The notes beneath the pieces were generated by a model. That model was not told the origin of the DNA. It ran no database searches and saw only the letters and a list, made by a program, of their open reading frames with translations. A stretch of DNA of 32,000 nt. Source: Paramicrosporidium saccamoebae KSL3. Taxonomy: Eukaryota; Fungi; Cryptomycota. Made by a program: the position numbers and the translations under genes. Numbering within the stretch: the stretch's first letter is position 1; each line of letters begins with the position of its first letter. Shown one piece after another: positions 20,008 to 28,545 of this stretch. The stretch lies in NCBI GenBank assembly GCA_002794465.1, contig MTSL01000174.1:44484-76483 (forward strand), read 5' to 3'.

Positions 20008-20298
20008 GTGTTATTAAGAGGGGTGTTGCTGAGGGGGGGGACATTGTGAATAGATATATGTTGATAGGTGATATCATGAATACAAGCCCGAGAGGAGGGT
20101 ATAAGGATATCCGATCCACAAAGCATGAAATTTGTATAAAGTCTGATACTCGATGTGAGAATATCAAAGCCATTGACACTTGCGACGCTCGAGACATGTG
20201 ATATTCAACATTTCATACCTACTAATCCACTAATCCGCTCATCCACTCGCCCATATGCACACATTCATACATCCACACGTCTCAACCCACTCACACCC

Positions 20299-21310
20299 TC
20301 ACGATGATACTCGCTGTTTTACATTACGCTTGCGCTGCTTAAATTCAAACTCGTGACAATCACCTTCAATGGTGGGATTGATTAATTCGGTAGAGAGACA
20401 TGCCAAAGGTTCCTCTTGGAACCAAGGATGTTTTAGGGCCGTTTCAGTGTCAATTCGTTGTTCAGGGTCCATGGCCAGCAATCCTCGGACCAAATTCATT
20501 CCTAACTCACCTAATCGGGGACCAAATTCAGCCTCCAGGGAGATTCCTGGGGACGGCATTTCGCCCATGAGACGGAGCCACGGCCATCCGCCGACCATAG
20601 GTCCACATCGTTCACAGATTGCGCGTAATTGTGTCAACTCGTCCTGGCCAGTAAACACTGCCCGCCCTGAAATCAGCTCTAACAGAATACATCCCACGCC
20701 CCACATGTCCACACTGGGTCCATAGGAGGTGGCGCCAAGCAGCACTTCGGGGGGTCGATACCATAGGGTCACCACCCGATTAGTCAGCATTCTTGTTGTA
20801 CGCAGATCGGGATGACGCATACATTTGGCCAAACCAAAATCGGCGAGTTTGATGGCGCCATCACGACCAACGAGCACATTGCTGCCTTTTAAGTCACGGT
20901 GCAACACACCGTGGGAATGCAAATAGTGTAGCGCCTGCAAGATTCCCCGTAGAATGTACTTGACCTGTGCCATGGTCAGGCCTGCCGGCAACAGCCCCGC
21001 CAGGTCAAATTCCAAATATTCAAACACCAAAAAGACGGCCTCAGAGGAGGAGGCGCAGATGCTCTTTAATTTCACAATATTAGGATGGGCCATACTCTTG
21101 AGCAGTTTAATTTCGCGGGCTGCCGTGACGGGAAAGCCCTCTTTTTCGCTCTCCATGCGAATTTTCTTCAATGCCACCAACTCTCCCGTCTTTCGACAAC
21201 GAGCCTTGTATACCTTCCTAATGCCATTAATAACCCATTCAATGGTACCCGTAGGTGCCCTCGCCAACCTGGCTAATGCGCTCAAAAAGGTCCTCTATGC
21301 TGGCCGGCAT
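20299..21310 (-). CDS. CTK1: RNA Pol II CTD kinase catalytic subunit (Ctk1/CDK12), 2 exons, about 326 aa
   Basis: Exon 21310-21249, a 31-nt intron 21248-21218, and exon 21217-20299 restore FERISQVGEGTYG|KVYKA. Further motifs are EGFPVTAAREIKLL, HRDLKGSN and TNRVVTLWYRPPEVLLGATSYGPSVDMW. Confidence 0.9.
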
Positions 21311-21502
21311 TTGTGTAGATATATGTACAGCCCAGGGGTTAAGAGTATACTGCGAGTTTTATAAGGGTCTGTTGTGGGCATACAATGGATCAAAATTCGT
21401 ACTATTGTGAAATCGTATCTAATGGACCAAAACTCGTAATGTTATGAATTACTATCTCATCATTTTGAGCATATAATGGACCAAGGCTTGCAATATTTAC
21501 TC

Positions 21503-22720
21503 TTAATTTTTGTATTCAGTCTGAAAACGTTGTTCGTCGTACGGTTCTGCAATAATCTGTCGACCACCAAACCATCGCAAATGCATCACCCTAATGGCCT
21601 CCTCCAAGACGGTTGCCGTGCTAAACTTTACAAAAACCTTTACTGTCTTGTCGTCGTGTTCCAAATGCGCCTGGCAGCAGATAACGGGACCAAACTTGCT
21701 GCACTCCTCCGATACATCCACCTCTAATTCGGGAATGGCCTCGGGATCTTCTGCCAAGGTAGAGTAATCCTCCAGATTACGAAGAACCATAACAGAGGTT
21801 TCAAGGGGAGATGCTGAATTACTCGAGTTTCCCGAATTGCCTGAATTGCTTGAATTACTCAAAGTGCCCGAGTTGATCTGTTGTGCAGCTCGCAATACGG
21901 CAGTGGGCACTTTGTTGACTGGTGGGGAGATTGGCGTGTTCTTTAGTGACTCCATGCCATGCGGGATCGGGCCACCACTGATAGTCCGACCCACTTTGAG
22001 GAGTCGTTTGGCCAGCTCGAAATTATTTAGCGAAAAGATGGCACTGTTGGCACAGCCCTCATCTTCGTATTCTACATAGGCATAACCCCGATGTTTGCCC
22101 GTTTTCTCATCGGGTACCAAATGACAATGGCGGACTCGACCAAAAGCCTCCACCACCATCCGCAGCTCTTCTTCCTTGACCATTTCGTGCACATTGGCCA
22201 CATAGATCCGACCCTCCACCGGACGGGGTACTCCGGGCGGCAGATCGGCTGGAAAGTTGTTTGGACGGCCCACTCGAATGGCACGACCTCCTAATTCAGC
22301 TCCTTCCATCTGCTCCTGCGCCAGTGCAGCCGCCTCAGCCGTCTCAAACTCAATGAATCCATAGCCTCGATGGCGACGGTTGACGGGATCCTGCATCATA
22401 GACACTGACCGTACCGGGCCAAACTGCGAGAACAGCAGAGTGAGGTCTGCGTCGGAAATGTCAAATTGGATGGAGCCCACATAGATGCGTTGGAAGATGG
22501 CCATGCTACTGACCATGTGCGCCGGTGCCAACTGCGCAATAGCGGCCAGTGGAGTGGTTGCTGGCACATTTGCGTTCGACACAGGACTGGGGCCTATCCT
22601 GAACAATGCCATAATCTACCAATAAATGCATTTGCATGAATCATGTCGTACCTTTTCGTGTTCAATAGACGCATATGCCTTGGCCTGTTCCACCAGTTGG
22701 TCTCCCTCGGGATCCTCCAT
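21503..22720 (-). CDS. PUF60: Poly(U)-binding splicing factor PUF60/half-pint (RRM-RRM-UHM), 2 exons, about 393 aa
   Basis: Exon 22720-22652 (MEDPEGDQLVEQAKAYASIEHEK, resembling the recalled PUF60 AKKYAMEQS motif), a 36-nt intron ending in an in-frame TAG, and exon 22615-21503. RRM1 (RIYVGSI...HRGYGFIEF...VGRPNN), RRM2 (RIYVANVH) and the UHM (VMVLRN...EECSKFG...RWFGGRQI) are all present. Confidence 0.9.
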
Positions 22721-22888
22721 TTCGTTGTCCAAATACAGCCGTTACCCCTGCAGCGGGTGTGAGGGTCGGCTTAAAGTCACAGTCCTTTCAATGCAACCGT
22801 TGGGTTGCACATGATTAAATATGCAAATAATGAAAGCCTATACGACGAATTGAGGTCCTTTAATCTTTACTATCAAGAGAGAGAGTAC

Positions 22889-23090
22889 ATGGAGGATCAG
22901 TCCCCTTTGGTCATGACTACAAATCTCACGAGTATATGAAGGATCAGTCTCCTTGGGCCATGACTACAAATCTCACGAGTATATGCCGAATCAAATCTCG
23001 CAAATTTAGGACGGACCAAATCCCCAGCATATAACAGGCCAAATCTCCAACGTGTAACAGGTCAGATCTCACAAATATATGACAAATCAA
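22889..23090. repeat. About 24-bp degenerate minisatellite (about 9 units) containing a near-perfect 47-bp duplication
   Basis: 47-bp units start at 22889 and 22936. The CAAATC/CAGTC/CAGATC core recurs at about 22896, 22920, 22943, 22967, 22992, 23017, 23040, 23063 and 23083. Confidence 0.85.
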
Positions 23091-23194
23091 ACACTTTGAT
23101 TTTCAATACAAGCGCAAGCGGAAATTGCATGAAAACTGATATATTGTATATTGTTTCGAACTAATGAAAGAATACGCAGTTAGCCAATCAGGAC

Positions 23195-23623
23195 ATGATA
23201 ACTGCGTATTTATTCTTCTTCCTTGTCATCCAGCAGTGCACCTGCAGTCTGTTTGCGTTCAATCGGCATAGACGTACTGACTACTTGCAATACCATTACC
23301 TGCCCGAGGACGAGTTAATTGAACATTTGCACCCCAACACACATGGCAATACATATGTCCTCGATGCTAGCCAATTCACACTGCAGCGCCCCCTCTGGCG
23401 ACACGGCGCCGCCTCTATCAAGCCAAGATCCGTGCCAGTGGACAAGGTGGCCGAGATGATTCTTGAGGAAGACAAGTATGAACGGGTGCCGCTTCGGTCT
23501 CTCATTCAGGCGCTATGGAAGGTGTGGCCGCAGCTTGCCGATGACATTCCGTCAGCCAGGAAGAGGGAGAAACTGGGACTAGAGGAGCTTTTTGTCGGAG
23601 ATTGGCAATGGCGGGATGAATAA
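23195..23623 (+). CDS. Hypothetical secreted protein (142 aa), no recognised family
   Basis: ATG-initiated ORF with a signal-peptide-like N-terminus (MITAYLFFFLVIQQCTCS) and globular-looking composition. The stop codon overlaps AATAAA at 23619-23624. Confidence 0.6.
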   Translation: MITAYLFFFLVIQQCTCSLFAFNRHRRTDYLQYHYLPEDELIEHLHPNTHGNTYVLDASQFTLQRPLWRHGAASIKPRSVPVDKVAEMILEEDKYERVPLRSLIQALWKVWPQLADDIPSARKREKLGLEELFVGDWQWRDE

Positions 23624-23793
23624 ACGACAGCTTCTGTCATCAAAGAGTAGCAATGTAACCGCTGGCGTCCTGTAGCTAACACTTTTAGTAGGAATTGGCT
23701 ACATTCCAGTCGGACGATGCTGCCATTAGAGACTTGATAGACAGTAATCAGAGGATTATGAAATGCATCGACCTGTCGGCCCCGGCATCGTTC

Positions 23794-24023
23794 ATGCGTC
23801 CGAATCCCGCATTAACGCCGTCGCGATGGAATTGGCTAAGCATTAGCGAAGAGGGTCGTGAGCGTATCAATCGCATCACAGAGTACGCGAAACGCACACT
23901 TTATTACGGCTGGATTCCGTTTATCCTCATCTTGGGTACTGTCTTGCCAATATTAAGGTTGTAGGCTTTTGGAGAAGCGACCCACGTCCCTCTTTCTTCA
24001 GGATGTTGAATCCCCTAAGTTAG
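23794..24023 (+). CDS. TOM7: Mitochondrial outer-membrane translocase subunit Tom7
   Basis: SEEGRERINRITEYAKRTLYYGWIPFILILG, then a 29-nt intron at 23936-23964, then FWRSDPRPSFFRMLNPLS-stop, matching the Tom7 core and C-terminus. The 5' end is uncertain: ATG 23794 gives 66 aa, or 57 aa if the in-frame 27-nt intron 23820-23846 is spliced. Confidence 0.85.
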
Positions 24024-24096
24024 TCAGCCAGTCATATGAATACATTTATAACTAGACCATGTGCCGTTCGAATGGTTAGACCATATTTCATACAAC

Positions 24097-25365
24097 TTAG
24101 AAACCATCGCTGTCCTCAAGGTCCTCTTCGCCCAATTCGGCCAACAGCGTTGTCGCAAAGGAGGCAGTGCGAGCAGCAACCTGGAAACCCCATCCTTGGT
24201 ACAGCGACGCCACTCCCTCCTCGCGAACCATCCGCCATAGACAGTTGAGGAGGCCCGAATAGGGACGAGCCGTGCGCACCCGCGTAATGTACGGTGTACG
24301 ACTGGACGTGGTGCATTGGATGAGCAGCCGACGTCGGATAGTCTCTAATGGCATGGTTATTATGAGGGGAACGCAGGTGATAATGTTCTGCAATGCAATC
24401 CAGCCAATGGACAGGGCGAGAGAAGTGTCTTCGGCAGGTGTCATGTAGTAGTTTAGCAATGAAACAGGGAGGATCCTCAATACGGGCTGTATGAACGAGG
24501 TGGTAAAGGTCAGGATCGGATGTTTGAATAGACCAAAGAGTCCCGTCTCCTCTCGGGAAATGGTACGGAGTGCATGCCAAAAGCCATAATACTTGCGCTC
24601 AGGCATCCACACACTCTGGGCGACCAGTCGAAGCCGCACAAACTCCACCGGCGTCAGGAGAGTGCCCACAATGCCCTGTGCCACGCCGGCAATTAGCGAT
24701 GGTCGCACAACATCCTCTGCAAACAGACTCAATGGACCAAAATGCTCACGCAACACATTGCTACTCTCAAGAGCCTCCTCGACGGTGGCTCTCCCAACGT
24801 CCATGAGAACCTCATGGGTCCAGCCTGCCATCACGCCTTGCCATAGACTAAATAATCCCTGTCGACGGCTAATCTCGCCCAAACTGCCCCACAGCGATTT
24901 GTGTTTGTTGAGGTTTAGTGGCCATTGGGAGGACAAATAACCTGCCGGCAGACGCTCAGAGAGATAGCCGGTAGAGTCACGGGAAATGTCTGAGGGAATG
25001 CGGCCGTAAATGTTGCCTTCCGAGGCGTACATTTCGCCTATCCGTTGAGATTCGCGTTTTGAAAAGTGTTCCTCGCGCTCCTTCCGCTGCTGATCCATCA
25101 GTGTGGCATCCCACCAGGCCGATTGTGCATTCCGGACATCATCCGGCACCTCCTCCTCTTCTTCGTCTCCGTTGTTGCATTGGATTTGTCGGAGCAGTCG
25201 TGCCGTCTCAAAGGGGCTGCTAATGGCCGCAACTCCGAACTTTAGTAACGCATAACGTCCGACCTGTGTAAGAGTACTGTGAATAGAGCGTTCGCTCTCA
25301 CTAGCAAGTTCACTGTCCAAGTATTCGCTATATGCCGACTTTGGAAGAGTGCCACGAGAGGACAT
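24097..25365 (-). CDS. UGO1: Ugo1/SLC25A46-type mitochondrial fusion protein (carrier fold), 422 aa
   Basis: Degenerate carrier signatures (SPFETARLLRQ, TPVEFVRLRL, MPLETIRRRL) and carrier repeats (QGLFSLWQG, YSGLLNCLWRMVREEGVASLYQGW). The long acidic insert after the first signature is typical of Ugo1. Confidence 0.75.
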   Translation of the reverse strand: MSSRGTLPKSAYSEYLDSELASESERSIHSTLTQVGRYALLKFGVAAISSPFETARLLRQIQCNNGDEEEEEVPDDVRNAQSAWWDATLMDQQRKEREEHFSKRESQRIGEMYASEGNIYGRIPSDISRDSTGYLSERLPAGYLSSQWPLNLNKHKSLWGSLGEISRRQGLFSLWQGVMAGWTHEVLMDVGRATVEEALESSNVLREHFGPLSLFAEDVVRPSLIAGVAQGIVGTLLTPVEFVRLRLVAQSVWMPERKYYGFWHALRTISREETGLFGLFKHPILTFTTSFIQPVLRILPVSLLNYYMTPAEDTSLALSIGWIALQNIITCVPLIITMPLETIRRRLLIQCTTSSRTPYITRVRTARPYSGLLNCLWRMVREEGVASLYQGWGFQVAARTASFATTLLAELGEEDLEDSDGF

Positions 25366-25711
25366 TTGGGGTTTGGGAGACTCGTCTTTAACAAAACATT
25401 AATTGGGAGATTGTAGTTAAAGCTATCCCTGGCCCATAACGAGATACTGGCCGACTATACACCAGTACTCGCACTAATATCCAATGGCGCAATTTGGCCG
25501 TTTAATAAAAGATCAATGGATTTGTTAAGGAAGAATAACAGTGGCCAATTTTTGATTGGATGGTGATCCGAAATGGAAATGGCTCGACCTGAAATGGCAA
25601 GAGCAACAGAACAGGACCAATAAACGGGGATGCAGGCACAGTGTCGCGTAGCTACGGAGAAAGTTGCAAAAGGGCAGCTATTTATTTTTACTTGTTCCGG
25701 AGCAGCACGAC

Positions 25712-28381
25712 ATGGATCCATTTGGCCGCTATGATCGACGCTCAAGCAGTGACGAAATCCACGGACATCGACGTTCCCACTCTGTGGCCTATGGAGGGGA
25801 TCGCTACTACGGCTATGATCCACGCTATCGTCCGCCCCCATACTATGCAGCAGCATACCAACACCACGACAGCTGTCTTGGCGGCTGCGGGATGGACCGT
25901 CGGTCACGTCGAAAGGTGCGAAATTGGCTACTGCTGCTAGCTCTTGCAGCCGTAGTGGGTTTCCTGACATACCGACGTCTGGGCGGAGCAGACATGAAAA
26001 GTCGACTAACTGAAACGACGATTGAGAACATTATTGACGAGGTAATGGGGAAGAGCATAACCCGACCTGAAATGATTGTGCCCCCAGATGCAGCGCCAAA
26101 GGTACGGATGGCCAAGCAGTCAGCGCCAGAGAAGGAGCGACCGCCCAACCCAGAGGAGCGCGACATTACTGACAATGATCCGCTGGATATTCCGCTCGTA
26201 AGAGAGTCCCCTCCCGTTGCTGCCAAGAAATTAGCCGAAACACTCGTTGCCCTGGATAATCAACCAGAGGAGGGAGAAGAGGGAGGATTGGAAGGGAGAA
26301 AATTGGCAAAACAAATTGAACCAATCGCTGATCTCCAAAAGATGTTGGGGGTGGGCGAGGCATCTCTGCAAAAGTTGAATGAGCAAATTGAGGAACTGAC
26401 GAGGAAACTATCAACGCAATCCCAGATGGTGGAGGACCTGCAACGCGGTCTTTCCAACGATCAAGGCCCTGTCTATGGCGCAGTGGATACACGTTCTGAT
26501 CGTGGAATGGCCGAATCGACAATGGGACAGGATATGCTGCGTCAGTTGGGAATCAAATCGAGGAATGGAGCAGTCCCAAGACCAGCACCCCCGCCCATCC
26601 AGGATCCAGTAGGACAGAAACCCTTTTCTCGTCGCGTGACATTCAGCAACTCGCCCGTCTCTTCGGTTGTGTGCACGGGATCCGATACGGTGGATCGAGT
26701 GTGCAAGATTAAGAACCTGTGCTACGACCCCAGCAAGGATCGCTTCTTCATCTTCAAGGATGTGTCGACCTTGGAGGTGGGAGTTCCCAAGAATCGCACC
26801 TATTTGGTGGATTCGACTTCCATTGACGGCCACAACAAATTTGCATTTGATTACAGCGAAGTGCATCCAGACGCCTTCCGTCAACGCACTGTGGAAATGG
26901 TCGATCGACCAACATTTATGATCAGTCGTTTCCATGCGCTCAACATTATGCACACCATCCACGATGACTTTTTGGGTCTGTACGGGCTGCATCGCATGTT
27001 TGCAAGCAGTGACGAGGTGGACGAGCGTTTCGTCTTTAGTCGCAACAACCACATCCTCTTCCTCGACTCTTTTGAAAACATTCGCTACGATTACGTCTTC
27101 CAATTCCTAACGGACAATCCCTTGCAATTCCGTCAGCGTCTACACGAGAACAATCCTAGAAGCGACACTCCCATTTGTTTCCGTGATGCTGTGGTTGGAA
27201 ACAGCAAAGTCGGCTCATGGTACAGCTACGGCTTTTTGGAGCCTCAGGGTCCCATTGCCAACAAAACTGTCTCGGGATTATATGTGCGGGATGCAGCACG
27301 TTTCCTCATGAACCGCATGGATCTGCCTCTTTGGGATGAGATCACTGTGCGTAGTACCATCCAGGAACTCTATCTGCGCAAGATGAAGCGGGAACGCGAG
27401 GGAAAGCCCCGTTCCAAGGTGCCATTGGCCACAGATCAAATGTTTATTACCGTCTTTTCTCGTCAGCTCGATCGTCTTATGGTCAATGAGGCCGAGGTCA
27501 TCAATGGACTGCAGGACACTTATGGATTACCAGTACGGACGGTGCGTATGGAAGACATGCACATTGGTCAACAGGCTGCCATCCTGCGCTCTACTGCCAT
27601 TGCAGTTGGAGTACACGGCTCCGCCCTCATCCTCTCCATCTTCCTCCCACCCGGCGCCATTCTCATAGAGCTCTTCCCCTATACTGTGCCCGCTGAGAAT
27701 TATACACCCTATCGCACCCTTGCTTCTCTACCCGGAATGCGACTTGCCTATCGCGCCTGGACCAACAAACGCTCCGAAAACAACTATCCTCATCCGGAAC
27801 GGCCTCCTTCCGGCGGTGGTATTGCCCATCTTCCCCTTGTTGAGCAGGAAAAGATCAAGAACACTTTGACTGTGCCTCCTCATCTCTGTTGTCGTGATCC
27901 CTACTGGCTCTATCGCATCTATCAGGACACCAGGGTCGAATTGTCAGAGCTCTACGATGCCATTGACGATGCCTTTGCTGATTCGCTCAAGCTCCTCGAT
28001 ATTTCACCCCAATCCTTCGTTGCCATCCGACCTGGCATCATTGATACTGTTCGCTGTTCGGTACGTGCACCTCCGGGTCTTGATCATTCCAAACTCACCA
28101 ATACCACCCAGCTGCAGATGGATATTAGCTGGGATGAGCCCTGGAACGGCGTCCAGCCCGACAAGTACGGCATCTGGATCCATCAGCCCTACCAAGAGTT
28201 CTTCAGCACCTCCCCCATGCTTGAGCCTCCCAAGTGTGCCTACGGCAGCAAGTATGACATTTGGGTGAGGTCCTATGTCGCCGTCCCCAACACTGATGGT
28301 CTCATCAAGAGTCAATACTCGGAAAAGTTTACTTGTAAGTGTATCCCAGAGACCAGGGCGCAGCGTGGTGACGAATCCTAG
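25712..28381 (+). CDS. POMGNT2: POMGNT2-like protein O-mannose beta-1,4-N-acetylglucosaminyltransferase (GT61 + C-terminal FN3), type II membrane, about 889 aa
   Basis: A single TM segment (WLLLLALAAVVGFLTY) is followed by a long stem. Catalytic-region motifs are CKIKNLCY, RFHALNIMHTIHDDFLGLY, CFRDAVVG, FSRQLDRLMVNE, HGSALILSIFLPPGAILIELFPY, YTPYRTLASLPGM, HPERP..GGIAHL and VPPHLCCRDPYWLYRIYQDT. An FN3-like tail follows (PGIIDTVRC...ISWDEPWN...YGIWI). These match recalled POMGNT2 motifs rather than EOGT. Confidence 0.88.
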   Translation: MDPFGRYDRRSSSDEIHGHRRSHSVAYGGDRYYGYDPRYRPPPYYAAAYQHHDSCLGGCGMDRRSRRKVRNWLLLLALAAVVGFLTYRRLGGADMKSRLTETTIENIIDEVMGKSITRPEMIVPPDAAPKVRMAKQSAPEKERPPNPEERDITDNDPLDIPLVRESPPVAAKKLAETLVALDNQPEEGEEGGLEGRKLAKQIEPIADLQKMLGVGEASLQKLNEQIEELTRKLSTQSQMVEDLQRGLSNDQGPVYGAVDTRSDRGMAESTMGQDMLRQLGIKSRNGAVPRPAPPPIQDPVGQKPFSRRVTFSNSPVSSVVCTGSDTVDRVCKIKNLCYDPSKDRFFIFKDVSTLEVGVPKNRTYLVDSTSIDGHNKFAFDYSEVHPDAFRQRTVEMVDRPTFMISRFHALNIMHTIHDDFLGLYGLHRMFASSDEVDERFVFSRNNHILFLDSFENIRYDYVFQFLTDNPLQFRQRLHENNPRSDTPICFRDAVVGNSKVGSWYSYGFLEPQGPIANKTVSGLYVRDAARFLMNRMDLPLWDEITVRSTIQELYLRKMKREREGKPRSKVPLATDQMFITVFSRQLDRLMVNEAEVINGLQDTYGLPVRTVRMEDMHIGQQAAILRSTAIAVGVHGSALILSIFLPPGAILIELFPYTVPAENYTPYRTLASLPGMRLAYRAWTNKRSENNYPHPERPPSGGGIAHLPLVEQEKIKNTLTVPPHLCCRDPYWLYRIYQDTRVELSELYDAIDDAFADSLKLLDISPQSFVAIRPGIIDTVRCSVRAPPGLDHSKLTNTTQLQMDISWDEPWNGVQPDKYGIWIHQPYQEFFSTSPMLEPPKCAYGSKYDIWVRSYVAVPNTDGLIKSQYSEKFTCKCIPETRAQRGDES

Positions 28382-28545
28382 ATATTTTGTATGTAAAAAG
28401 TCCTTGATACCTATATATGGACCATTTTCGATGTAATTGATTGTTTTTTGCGTTACCAAAAAAGATTTTATCAAAGTATCGGCAGTCTGTAATCCACCAA
28501 TCTTGAATTGCTGCTTTCGACAGTTTAATCATTGAAATCTACAAT

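Noticed and set aside
2976-22720. Apparent functional cluster of splicing, transcription and chromatin genes (cactin, THO2, ESS2, EPL1, IES6, DIB1, CTK1, PUF60)
   Set aside because: Orientations are mixed, no shared motif was seen, and compact genomes are enriched for such core genes. It cannot be distinguished from chance without a genome-wide test.
26411-27103. 230-aa minus-strand ORF
   Set aside because: It lies antisense within the POMGNT2-like CDS and has no recognisable motifs.
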